DNA of 64,000 nucleotides. Source: Roseibacillus sp. (GTDB lineage Bacteria; Verrucomicrobiota; Verrucomicrobiia; Verrucomicrobiales; Akkermansiaceae). The first letter of the stretch is position 1, and each line of letters begins with the position of its first letter. Where the stretch lies: the NCBI GenBank assembly GCA_965242925.1, contig CBDEUM010000034.1:128001-192000 (forward strand), given 5' to 3'. This document shows positions 52,791-61,687 of the stretch, piece after piece. The translations under genes and the position numbers were made by a program. The notes under the pieces are model-generated. The model ran no database searches. It saw nothing but the letters and a program-made list of their open reading frames with translations, and was not told the DNA's origin.

Positions 52791-53141
52791 TCATCCCCAG
52801 GTTGTTCACACTCTGTGAGGCACCCTTAGGCGATACCCTAAATATGCTAGTGGATCCGCCCACCCACGGACTCAAGACCTCCTGCCATCCGCATTCTCCC
52901 GGCGAATGGATCTGAATAAATTGTGCATAAACTTAGGAATCTAGTTTTTCTCTCCCATAACTACATGCTCATCAGTCTTTTATGTCGCATGTTCTAACGG
53001 TTAGATACTCCCAAAGGAAAATGAACGCAGCGTTGAGGTCTCCCGGGATTTCTTGCCTCAATTTTCATGGTTCTACATAAGACGTCTACCCCTCCCCCCC
53101 CCCGGTGATCAGCGAACATCGATTCGCCAGATTTGTTCACA
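52791..53141. promoter_or_regulatory. Cluster of DnaA-box-like 9-mers in an AT-rich intergenic region
   Basis: TCATCCCCA 52791, TTGTTCACA 52802, TCTGAATAA 52911, TGTGCATAA 52922, TTGTTCACA 53133. Confidence 0.45.
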
Positions 53142-53319
53142 GGATTTTCCCGGCTTGCAACCCCGACCCAGAAACCTTGAATCCATCATCGCTGATTAAC
53201 ATTTTCTAACAAGCCATTAGGTCCCGTCCCCAATCCCTCCCGCCCATGCTGGATATCAAACTTACCGTTGTCTAACGGGACGGCCTTTCGTAATTCTTCA
53301 CCTAGGAACGACTTCCTCT

Positions 53320-53940
53320 ATGACCGAATCTTCCTCTGATCGGGACCCCGATGACGCCTTAGACGTGTCGCTCATGGAAAAAGTGGCTCGGGGCGACCAT
53401 CAGGCCTTTGAGGAACTCGTTACCCGCCACAAGTATGCAGTTGTGGGCACGGTGGCCAAAATGCTGGGCAATCCCAGCGAGGCGGAGGATGTTGCCCAAC
53501 AGGTCTTCCTGCGCCTCTGGAAGAGTGCTGCCCGCTACCGGGCCACCGCCAAGTTCACCACCTATCTTTTTACCATCACCCGGAACCTCGTCTTCAACGA
53601 GACACGTAGAAAATTCCGCCGCAGTGAGCAATCCCTTGAGGAGCAGGAGGACGACTGGCATCAGCAGTTTCCGGAAGAGGTGCATGGCCGCCCCGACCAG
53701 CAGTTGCTGCAGTCCGAACTGCAGCAGGCCGTTGATCGGGCCATTGCCGCCCTCCCCAAGAAGCAGCGCATGGCGGTTGTCCTTCGCCGTTACGAGCACA
53801 TGCCCTACGACGAAATCGGCGAAGTGCTGGGCCTTTCGGTTTCAGCGATCAAGAGTCAGCTCTTTCGTGCCCGGAGCAGCCTGAGAGACACCCTTAAGCA
53901 TTACCTGGATCAGGAGTCGGGCGCCCCGGAAACCGACTAG
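53320..53940 (+). CDS. ECF-family RNA polymerase sigma factor
   Basis: GD..AFEELV, AEDVAQ.VFL, F.TYL..I.RN, LP..QR...LR.......EI...LG.S...KS.L.RAR. Confidence 0.93.
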   Translation: MTESSSDRDPDDALDVSLMEKVARGDHQAFEELVTRHKYAVVGTVAKMLGNPSEAEDVAQQVFLRLWKSAARYRATAKFTTYLFTITRNLVFNETRRKFRRSEQSLEEQEDDWHQQFPEEVHGRPDQQLLQSELQQAVDRAIAALPKKQRMAVVLRRYEHMPYDEIGEVLGLSVSAIKSQLFRARSSLRDTLKHYLDQESGAPETD

Positions 53941-54536
53941 CCCTCCGGATCTTCCACACCGGACACTCGACTCGGCTTATCCCTCACTGCATCCGTCAGG
54001 ACGCGCCAGTCCAAGTCCCCGGAATCTATCCGCTGGTTCTCATATTCGAACACCGCATCTTCGTTACGCGGATCGATATGGGCAGCCAGTTCGATGAAGC
54101 ATCGGGCCAGAAGCCGCTCATTCTCATTGTCGTTGTTGCTTTTGAGGAGGAGTTTGGCGCGGGTCACCAGGAGCCGCGCAAAGGTGCGTGGATTGTAGTC
54201 GCCCTTCTTGATCTCAGGAATCACCCCCTCGCGCAGCTGAAAATTAATCACCACGGCCTGCTTGTTGCGGCGCTCCAGATGAAGGGCCAGCGCCAGGATG
54301 CGCCGCGCGCTTTCCAGAGACTCCTTGCTTGCCTTCTTGACGGAAACCAGGTTGGCCGCATAGGCCGCCAGATTGGTGGCATAATTATGCCGTTCCTGTG
54401 CCAACATCACGCTGTCGTCGAAGATAACCTTCTGCACGATGGGTGACTGATAGGCGAAGGCTGCGGGACTATTCTCCGACTGCCCACAGACCGTGGACAC
54501 CGAAAGAAGGGTGACGACCATTCCTTGCTTCAACAT
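53937..54536 (-). CDS. Hypothetical secreted helical protein
   Basis: 199 aa, signal-like N-terminus, alpha-helical composition; 4-nt stop overlap with the sigma gene. Confidence 0.65.
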   Translation of the reverse strand: MLKQGMVVTLLSVSTVCGQSENSPAAFAYQSPIVQKVIFDDSVMLAQERHNYATNLAAYAANLVSVKKASKESLESARRILALALHLERRNKQAVVINFQLREGVIPEIKKGDYNPRTFARLLVTRAKLLLKSNNDNENERLLARCFIELAAHIDPRNEDAVFEYENQRIDSGDLDWRVLTDAVRDKPSRVSGVEDPEG

Positions 54537-54578
54537 TAAAACCGTTCATATAATCCTTTTGAAAAGATCTCTTCGCAA

Positions 54579-55175
54579 GTGGCAAATCCACCTCCTTCTC
54601 ACCATAAAGAGCACTGTCGGGAACTGCTTCAAACGCTCCTCACCGCCTCCGGAAGTGAAAAGCGGCACGAGTGGAGCAGCCGTATCTGCCGCTGTTTGGC
54701 CCATTGGATCCCGTCCCTGCACGAGGTAAGGACGATCGCCACCTACGCCGCACTGGAGACGGAGGTCCACCTTGGACCTCTGCATTCCGCCCTGCAGGAT
54801 AGCTACCAGTTCGCCTACCCACTCGTGGTAGACGACACCCTGCGGTTTTACCGGGTGGCAGATCCCTCCGAGTTGACAACAGGCGCTTTTGGCGTCCTTG
54901 AGCCCGATCCCCGGTTGCATGACGTGGCGTGTGCCGATGAATTGGATCTCTGCCTCTGCCCGGGACTCGGCTTCACTCGCGGAGGGGTGCGACTCGGACG
55001 CGGCAAGGCCTACTACGACTCAGTGCTCCCCCAAATTCCTTCCACCGTGTTCCGGGTAGGCATCGCCTTCGAATTACAGGTCCGCAACTTCCTTCCTCGC
55101 GATACCCACGACGTGCTCATGACACACCTCGGCACCGAAGAAGGGGTCACGCCCATTCGGGCAGCTTCATCTTGA
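54579..55175 (+). CDS. 5-formyltetrahydrofolate cyclo-ligase
   Basis: G.FGV.EP, PGLGF...G.RLGRG..YYD, P...HDV. Confidence 0.9.
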   Translation: MANPPPSHHKEHCRELLQTLLTASGSEKRHEWSSRICRCLAHWIPSLHEVRTIATYAALETEVHLGPLHSALQDSYQFAYPLVVDDTLRFYRVADPSELTTGAFGVLEPDPRLHDVACADELDLCLCPGLGFTRGGVRLGRGKAYYDSVLPQIPSTVFRVGIAFELQVRNFLPRDTHDVLMTHLGTEEGVTPIRAASS

Positions 55176-55536
55176 AACGCGGAATGCGCACGAAGACCCG
55201 CCGTCCTTCTTCTGTCAATCCGAAGAAGGAACCCTCGGCGTGTCCACTGCCACGGGCCACATGATAACTGTTGTAGGAAAATTCCTCGCCGGGCCCCAGA
55301 TTGGGCATCTGCCCCACCACTCCGTCGCCCTCGACCACGATCAATTCGTCGGTCTGATCCTCACGGACCAGCCACTTGCGCCCCTGTATGCTGACCCGTT
55401 CGGCTGAGTGATTCCGGATATTGAGAAAGTAGACGAAGGGATGCGGGCGGTCTTCCGGGTGATCGAGACTCGGCATGTAGATGACATCATCGACCACCAC
55501 GCTCAAGCCATCCAGTTCTTTAAAGGAAGCGTCCAC
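55147..55536 (-). CDS. apaG: ApaG-domain protein
   Basis: F.Y...I.N, R.W, V.GDGVVG..P.L.PGE.F.Y.S, IP.F; GTG start inferred. Confidence 0.85.
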   Translation of the reverse strand: MDASFKELDGLSVVVDDVIYMPSLDHPEDRPHPFVYFLNIRNHSAERVSIQGRKWLVREDQTDELIVVEGDGVVGQMPNLGPGEEFSYNSYHVARGSGHAEGSFFGLTEEGRRVFVRIPRFKMKLPEWA

Positions 55537-55620
55537 CGCCCTGCAGCCTAGTGCTGCCGCAGGAGGTTGCCAAGGACAAGGTTGCTTGCGGCTCCAGCCA
55601 CGCCCCCCTATTCTCGCCCC

Positions 55621-56463
55621 ATGTCCGGCCCGCCCGTCGCTTTGACCATTGCCGGATCTGATTGCTGTGCCGGGGCCGGGATTCAGGCCGACCTGAAGAC
55701 CTTCTCGCTTCTGGGTGTCCATGGTGTGACTGCGGTCAGCGCGGTGGTGGCCGAGACTCCCTGGGCCGTGCATAGCACCTACCATCTGTCCCCGACGGCT
55801 CTCCAGGAGCAGATTCGCATCCTCCTCGACTGCTACCCGGTTGCCACCATCAAGACCGGACTTCTGGGATCCGCTCCCCATGTCACCGCGGTGGCCGAAT
55901 TACTTGAGGGGCGAGAGCAACCCCTGGTCGTTGATCCCGTGCTCGGCTCCTCTACCGGTACGATCTTTGCCTCAAAGGATGTCATCCGTGCCTACTGCGA
56001 GCGACTCCTCCCCATCGCCACCCTCGTGACGCCCAATCTCCCCGAAGCCGAGAGGCTCCTTGTCGGAAGGGTGGAACCCGGCCCCCCTGATGAACATCCC
56101 GCTCTCGGAGTGGCGCGGCAACTTGCTCAGGAGCTGGGCATCACCGTGCTCCTCACCGGAGGACACAGTATCTGGAACGACCAGGCCACCGACATATTCT
56201 GCCATCGTGAGGAGGTCCAATACTTCAGTCATCCGAAGATTGATCTCCCCGGCGCCCATGGCACGGGCTGCGCCTACTCCGCTGCCATCACCGGGTTCCT
56301 CGCCCGCGGCCTTGATATGAGGAAGTCCATCGCTAAAGCCAAGGCTCACGTGACCCGGCTTCTTCAAACCTCCTACACCTGGACGGGCGTAGCCCCGGAC
56401 AATTCAGTGCGCACCCTGAATCAACTGCCGGACACAATCTTCGATTCCGGGGAAAGCAAATAG
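55621..56463 (+). CDS. thiD: Hydroxymethylpyrimidine/phosphomethylpyrimidine kinase
   Basis: ALTIAGSD..AGAGIQADLKT, KTG.L, VVDPV, TPN.PEA, HGTGC..SAAI. Confidence 0.92.
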   Translation: MSGPPVALTIAGSDCCAGAGIQADLKTFSLLGVHGVTAVSAVVAETPWAVHSTYHLSPTALQEQIRILLDCYPVATIKTGLLGSAPHVTAVAELLEGREQPLVVDPVLGSSTGTIFASKDVIRAYCERLLPIATLVTPNLPEAERLLVGRVEPGPPDEHPALGVARQLAQELGITVLLTGGHSIWNDQATDIFCHREEVQYFSHPKIDLPGAHGTGCAYSAAITGFLARGLDMRKSIAKAKAHVTRLLQTSYTWTGVAPDNSVRTLNQLPDTIFDSGESK

Positions 56464-56497
56464 TTGCGAGCGCCGGAATTCTGGCCAGAGTTCCGGA

Positions 56498-57049
56498 GTG
56501 GAACCTGATCCCTACGCCGATTTCCACTCCGCCGAAACCGGCGAGCCCTTTCGAGATTGCATCAGTTGTGGATTGGATCTCGATCACGATCCGGACCTCC
56601 CTTATCTCGTTGCCAAGAGCTACCGGCGAGGTGAATGCATCTTCGAATACGCCATCTGCGACGATTGCCGTTCCAACATGGCGCAGGAGTTCTCCAGCGA
56701 ATCCCGACAGGCTCTCTCACGGTTCTTTCAGGAGCAGGTAAACCTGCGCGATCGCTCCATCCTCCTCGCAATTGGTGACGAACCCGCACTCTGGATAGAG
56801 AAATGTGCTTCCTGTGAGACCTTTCGCAACCAGCTGGAGAGCTACTCCCTGGGCGGATTACTCCTCGGCAGGAATATGATCTACGACCCCTACCCGCTGT
56901 GCCTCTGCGGCAAGTGCGAGGAGAAAATCCAGGAACTCCTCTCCCAGAAGACCCGCGGGATATGGGACGATTTCGTAGACACCCACTTCGACGGCCCCCC
57001 CGCCGGCGTAGAAGACCTCCCTGTCAGGGGCCGTCCGCTCCCGTTCTAG
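56498..57049 (+). CDS. Hypothetical protein with four CxxC motifs
   Basis: CISC, CDDC, CASC and CGKC arranged in two similar halves. Confidence 0.7.
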   Translation: MEPDPYADFHSAETGEPFRDCISCGLDLDHDPDLPYLVAKSYRRGECIFEYAICDDCRSNMAQEFSSESRQALSRFFQEQVNLRDRSILLAIGDEPALWIEKCASCETFRNQLESYSLGGLLLGRNMIYDPYPLCLCGKCEEKIQELLSQKTRGIWDDFVDTHFDGPPAGVEDLPVRGRPLPF

Positions 57050-57087
57050 CTTCCAGTCCGGCATCAGCGCCACTCCCGGGACAGGGG

Positions 57088-57162
57088 TGGCAGCCCCGCA
57101 TGGACTCGAACCATGAATGACTGAACCAAAATCAGCTGTGTTACCAATTACACCACAGGGCT
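57088..57162 (-). tRNA. tRNA-Gln(UUG)
   Basis: Reverse complement AGCCCTGTGGTGTAATTGGTAACACAGCTGATTTTGGTTCAGTCATTCATGGTTCGAGTCCATGCGGGGCTGCCA folds as a cloverleaf with TTG anticodon, GTTCGA T-loop and encoded CCA. Confidence 0.96.
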
Positions 57163-57284
57163 TTTGACTGCCGCGGCGCTAGATAGGGTGATTCTGGGAG
57201 ATATTCAACCCAGAATGCACGAAAGCGTAGCAAGCCACTTGACTCTCCGCTCCCCGGTCGAGAGGTTCTCGCCGACAGCAGAAG

Positions 57285-58367
57285 ATGGAATTTGGTGGCC
57301 TGATCGAACAGCGCCGGGAACGCCTGGCGGAACTGGAGGAACTCATCTCCCAGCCGGACTTCTATAACGACCAGAAGGCCGCCGCGGAAGTGATGAGGGA
57401 GCATCGTGGACTCCAGAAACTCATGAACCTCTGGGAAACCTACCAATCCGCAAACCTGAATCTGGAGGAGAACCGCGAACTGGCTAGAGACGAAGACACC
57501 GAGATCGCCGCCATGGCAACCGAGGAGATTCCGACCCTTGAAGCGGCTCTTCCCGGATTGGAGGAAAACCTGCAATATGCCCTCCTGCCTCAGGATCCGA
57601 CCGAGGAGCGCAATGCACTTGTAGAAATCCGGGCCGGTGCGGGCGGTGACGAAGCCTCTCTCTTCGCAGGAGAGGTTATGCGCATGTACGAACGCTACGC
57701 GGAGAACTGCGGCTGGAGGTGCGAGCAACTGGAGAGCAGTCCATCCGAAGTAGGAGGCTACAAGGAGGTGGTGCTCAAGGTAAGCGGAGACGAGGTTTTC
57801 CGGCGTATGAAGTATGAAAGCGGTGTCCACCGCGTCCAGCGGGTGCCCACCACCGAGACGCAGGGACGCATTCATACCTCCACCGTAACGGTAGCGGTGA
57901 TGCCCGAGGCACAGGACGTCGATATTGAACTGAAGATGGATGAGCTGCAGATCCAAGCCACCCGCTCAAGTGGCCCGGGAGGACAGCACGTCAACACCAC
58001 CGACTCTGCGGTACAGGTCACTCACCTTCCCAGCGGGATTCAGGTGAAATGCCAGGACGGGAGGAGTCAGGGTCAGAACAAGGAGAAGGCCCTTGAGATT
58101 CTCCGGTCCAAATTGTTTGAAGCGAAACAGCACGAGGAACAGGAGAAATACTCGGCCCAGAGGCGCGCCCTGATCGGCTCGGGAGATCGATCCGAGAAGA
58201 TCCGGACCTATAATTTCCCGCAATCCCGTGTCACTGATCACCGTATTAATCACACCTCCCACAATCTGGAAGGAATTCTAACGGGCTCGGTCGAAGAATT
58301 CACCGAAGAACTGCAGAAGGCAGAGATGTCCCAACGTCTCGCAGAATCCGGCCTCAAGCCCGAATAG
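57285..58367 (+). CDS. prfA: Peptide chain release factor 1
   Basis: EIRAG.GGDEA, ESGVHRVQRVPTTE (PxT), GPGGQ, RSEKIRTYNFPQ. Confidence 0.97.
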   Translation: MEFGGLIEQRRERLAELEELISQPDFYNDQKAAAEVMREHRGLQKLMNLWETYQSANLNLEENRELARDEDTEIAAMATEEIPTLEAALPGLEENLQYALLPQDPTEERNALVEIRAGAGGDEASLFAGEVMRMYERYAENCGWRCEQLESSPSEVGGYKEVVLKVSGDEVFRRMKYESGVHRVQRVPTTETQGRIHTSTVTVAVMPEAQDVDIELKMDELQIQATRSSGPGGQHVNTTDSAVQVTHLPSGIQVKCQDGRSQGQNKEKALEILRSKLFEAKQHEEQEKYSAQRRALIGSGDRSEKIRTYNFPQSRVTDHRINHTSHNLEGILTGSVEEFTEELQKAEMSQRLAESGLKPE

Positions 58368-58391
58368 GAGGATCGGCGCTATCCTCATCCC

Positions 58392-59261
58392 ATGAAGACC
58401 GTCCTGGAATGCATCCAAAGCGGGGCAAAATACCTCCGGGACCGCGGTGTCGACGGGGCCAGACGTAACATGGAGTGGTTGGTGGCCCGGCAAATGGAAT
58501 GCAGTCGTATCGAACTCTACACTCAGTTCGACCGCCCCATGTCTGAAGCCGAGCTCGAGCCGTTGAGGGATCTTCTCAAGCGACGGAGCCTGGGAGAACC
58601 ACTCCAGCACCTCCTGGGGACAGTGGAGTTCTGTGGCCGGGAGTTCCTCTGCGATCAACGCGCACTGGTCCCCCGACCTGAAACCGAAGAACTGATCGAA
58701 GAGGTCCTGAAACTGGAATTTCTCCGCCCGGCCCGCGTGCTCGACATGGGGACAGGCAGCGGCGTAATTGGCATCACCGTTGCCTTGGCCCTCGCTGAGG
58801 ACTGCCGGGAAACCGTTCTCGCCGACATTTCTGCCGACGCGCTCGGCCTGGCACGTGAGAATGCGGAAAAACACGATCTGGCTCCGGTCCTTCTGCAAAG
58901 CGATCTTTTCACGGAGGTTGAAGGAACCTTCAATTTGATCGTGGCCAACCTCCCCTACGTCGCCGACGGGGAGAGGGAGCTCCTTTCCCGGGAAGTCTCC
59001 CACGACCCGGACCTGGCCCTCTTCGCAGGCCCCGGGGGCCTCGACGCCTTCCAGCGCTTTTTCCCCGCGGTCCCTGCTCATCTCGCTCCCGGCGGTTGGG
59101 TTGCTCTTGAGATCGGCGCCAACCAGGGGCAACAGGTGACCTCTCTCGCCGAAACCTGCGGATTTGAATCCATTTGTCTCGGCAATGATCTTTCCGGAAA
59201 TCCCCGCTTTGTCTTTGCGCGGGCAGCCGGACATGACGAAGATACCCCCGCTCCACTCTAA
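58392..59261 (+). CDS. prmC: Release factor glutamine methyltransferase
   Basis: EPLQH.LG, ALVPRPETE, DMGTGSG, NLPY; follows prfA. Confidence 0.95.
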   Translation: MKTVLECIQSGAKYLRDRGVDGARRNMEWLVARQMECSRIELYTQFDRPMSEAELEPLRDLLKRRSLGEPLQHLLGTVEFCGREFLCDQRALVPRPETEELIEEVLKLEFLRPARVLDMGTGSGVIGITVALALAEDCRETVLADISADALGLARENAEKHDLAPVLLQSDLFTEVEGTFNLIVANLPYVADGERELLSREVSHDPDLALFAGPGGLDAFQRFFPAVPAHLAPGGWVALEIGANQGQQVTSLAETCGFESICLGNDLSGNPRFVFARAAGHDEDTPAPL

Positions 59262-60530
59262 ATGGATAAACTTCTCGTCCACGGAAACGGATCCCTGCAG
59301 GGATCCATCAATATCTCAGGATCGAAGAATGCCTCCCTGCCCATCCTGGCGGCCTCTCTTCTCTCCAGCGAACCTTCCATCGTTCGGAGGGTTCCCGACG
59401 TCTCGGACACCAATTACATGCTGCAGATCCTCCGAGCCCTGGGGGCGGAGGTAGAACGATCCAGTGGCACGGTACGGGTGGAACCCGCCAGCATTGCCCC
59501 GGAAGCCCCCTACGACCTTGTCCGCAAGATGCGGGCCTCCATCTGCGTGATGGGACCACTTCTGGCCCGGGTGGGGCGTGCCAAGATTTCCCTGCCCGGA
59601 GGATGTGTGATTGGGGACCGCCCGGTCGACCTTCATCTCAAGGCCATGCAGGGGTTGGGAGCCCGGGTCGAGATGGAAGGCGGGGATATCATCCTGAGCG
59701 CCCCCGGGGGACTGCTTGGCGCTGAAATAGATATGCGTGGTAAACACGGTCCCACCGTGTTGGGGACCGATAACCTGATGATGGCCGCAGTTCTGGCCAA
59801 GGGCACCACCGTGATTGATTCTGCCGCCAGCGAACCGGAGGTGGTGGACCTTGCTAATTTCCTCGTCAAAATGGGGGCCCGCATCAAGGGAGCCGGTACC
59901 CGGAGAATCGAGATCAAAGGGGTCGAAGAGCTCAAAGGCGTGGAACACACCATCATCCCTGACCGGATCGAGGCGGGAACATTCATGGTGGCAGGTGCGA
60001 TGGCGGGAGAAGGGGTGACCTTGCGGCGGGTGTGCCGGGAGCATCTCAAGGCTGCCACCGAAAAACTGGAAGAGGCCGGGCATGACGTGCTCTTCAACGA
60101 GACCGGCACGGAAGTAACGATCTCGCCAGGGGAAGCGCCCCGGGGTTGCGACGTCACCACTGCTCCCTACCCCGGATTCCCCACCGACATGCAGGCCCAG
60201 TTTACGGCCATGTTTGCCACGACGCCGGGCATCTCGCTGGTGGAGGATGCCATATTTCCCCAGCGCTTCATGCATTGCTCCGAAATGAAACGCATGGGGG
60301 CCGACATCACGGTCGACGGAGGGCGGGCGCTGGTGCGAGGGGTCCAGCGTCTCAGTGCGGCCCCGGTCATGGCCTCGGACCTTCGGGCTTCGGCCGCCCT
60401 TGTGCTTGCTGCACTCAAGGCTGAAGGAACCACCGAAATCAACCGCCTTTACCATATCGACCGGGGATACGAGCATATAGACGACAAACTGCTGCAACTT
60501 GGGGGACAGGTCGAACGCGTCCCGGCCTGA
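59262..60530 (+). CDS. murA: UDP-N-acetylglucosamine 1-carboxyvinyltransferase
   Basis: SG.KNA.LP, KMRAS, PGGC.IG.RP, PDRIEAGT, PYPGFPTDMQ, DLRA.AAL, HIDRGY. Confidence 0.97.
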   Translation: MDKLLVHGNGSLQGSINISGSKNASLPILAASLLSSEPSIVRRVPDVSDTNYMLQILRALGAEVERSSGTVRVEPASIAPEAPYDLVRKMRASICVMGPLLARVGRAKISLPGGCVIGDRPVDLHLKAMQGLGARVEMEGGDIILSAPGGLLGAEIDMRGKHGPTVLGTDNLMMAAVLAKGTTVIDSAASEPEVVDLANFLVKMGARIKGAGTRRIEIKGVEELKGVEHTIIPDRIEAGTFMVAGAMAGEGVTLRRVCREHLKAATEKLEEAGHDVLFNETGTEVTISPGEAPRGCDVTTAPYPGFPTDMQAQFTAMFATTPGISLVEDAIFPQRFMHCSEMKRMGADITVDGGRALVRGVQRLSAAPVMASDLRASAALVLAALKAEGTTEINRLYHIDRGYEHIDDKLLQLGGQVERVPA

Positions 60531-60593
60531 CAACCCTTCCCGGGAAGATGTTCCATATTGGCAGTTGCATCATGACTATGATAAGAAACTAAC

Positions 60594-61670
60594 ATGAAGC
60601 CTGCCGGATCCCTTTTCTTCCTCCTGCTCCTCCAGATCTCCTTGAGCCAGTCCCTCTCCGCCGCACCAGCGACTGCCACCCTCACGGCAGTCAACGAAGC
60701 GAACTTCAACCGGATCACCATCGAATTCGAACCGCCAGTCCTCCCTAACGGTTCGGATACTTCAATACTGTCTGGCAACCTTGAGGTCCTGCTTGAGATA
60801 GATCCAGTGACCGACCAGGTCTCCGAGATGACGATTGTCGATGGGAGCTTTCAGGGATCGGCGATCGAAATGTCAGGGAGCACCTTCTTCATTGGCAGCT
60901 ATGACCTGGAAAGCTCTACCCTCGAAATGACCCTTGCCACGCCCAATCCTCCTGGAATTGTGGACCCAGTCACCGGGGAATTCGACTCTGCCCAACACAG
61001 CTTCACCGTGGTCAGCGGCGACCTGAGCGGGGACTTCACGCTCTTGGGAACCACAAGCGAGATTCTCTTTAATTTCTCCGACACTCCCATCGGCGGGACG
61101 GGAATCGGAGCCGGCACCGTGACCCTCGTCCCGACCGGAACTACCCCCACCAGTAAGAGCTATAATGTGGAGGTGCTCCTGCCCATCGCCGTCAACGAGG
61201 TCTTCGAGGCCGAGGGTTTTGAGATCCCGATCGGCGCCAACGGGATCGCCAAGCTTGTTGGTCCTGCCACCATCGAAATCGAACCGGAGGACCCCTTTGT
61301 CGCCTGGACAGAACAGAATGGCATCGCTGGGGCGACTCAACTGGAAGACGCAAACGGTGATGGAGTCCCCAACGGCCTGCAGTGGGCCCTGGGTCTCGAC
61401 GCCTCAGACTCCCCCTTCCCTCACCTTCTCAGGCCGGACGGCACGACTGCATCGACCGTTGATTTCAGCCTCACTCTCCCGGACGGCGGAACGGCCGCTC
61501 CCCTCACGGTCGTAACCGCTACCGACCCTGAGTTGCCCTTCAGCATACTGGGCACCGCAGCGATCAGCAGTGGCAACCCGATCCCCCAGGGCACGACCGG
61601 TTCCATTTCCATCGCCCTGCCGAGGGGAGATCGCGGTTTCGTCCAACTGATAGTGGGCGCCGCAAACTGA
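60594..61670 (+). CDS. Secreted hypothetical beta-rich protein
   Basis: Signal peptide, T/G/S-rich body, C-terminal F.AW...NG...D.NGDGVPN..W.LG.D ...RGFVQL module. Confidence 0.8.
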   Translation: MKPAGSLFFLLLLQISLSQSLSAAPATATLTAVNEANFNRITIEFEPPVLPNGSDTSILSGNLEVLLEIDPVTDQVSEMTIVDGSFQGSAIEMSGSTFFIGSYDLESSTLEMTLATPNPPGIVDPVTGEFDSAQHSFTVVSGDLSGDFTLLGTTSEILFNFSDTPIGGTGIGAGTVTLVPTGTTPTSKSYNVEVLLPIAVNEVFEAEGFEIPIGANGIAKLVGPATIEIEPEDPFVAWTEQNGIAGATQLEDANGDGVPNGLQWALGLDASDSPFPHLLRPDGTTASTVDFSLTLPDGGTAAPLTVVTATDPELPFSILGTAAISSGNPIPQGTTGSISIALPRGDRGFVQLIVGAAN

Positions 61671-61687
61671 GAATCCGGATCCTGGTA

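Noticed and set aside
52759..53319. oriC
   Set aside because: DnaA-like boxes are present, but there is no dnaA/dnaN, no clear DnaA-trios, no KOPS polarity switch, and a dif candidate lies about 16 kb away. Kept only as a box cluster.
56498..57162. Genomic island integrated at tRNA-Gln
   Set aside because: No integrase and no duplicated tRNA 3' end seen; flanking genes are housekeeping.
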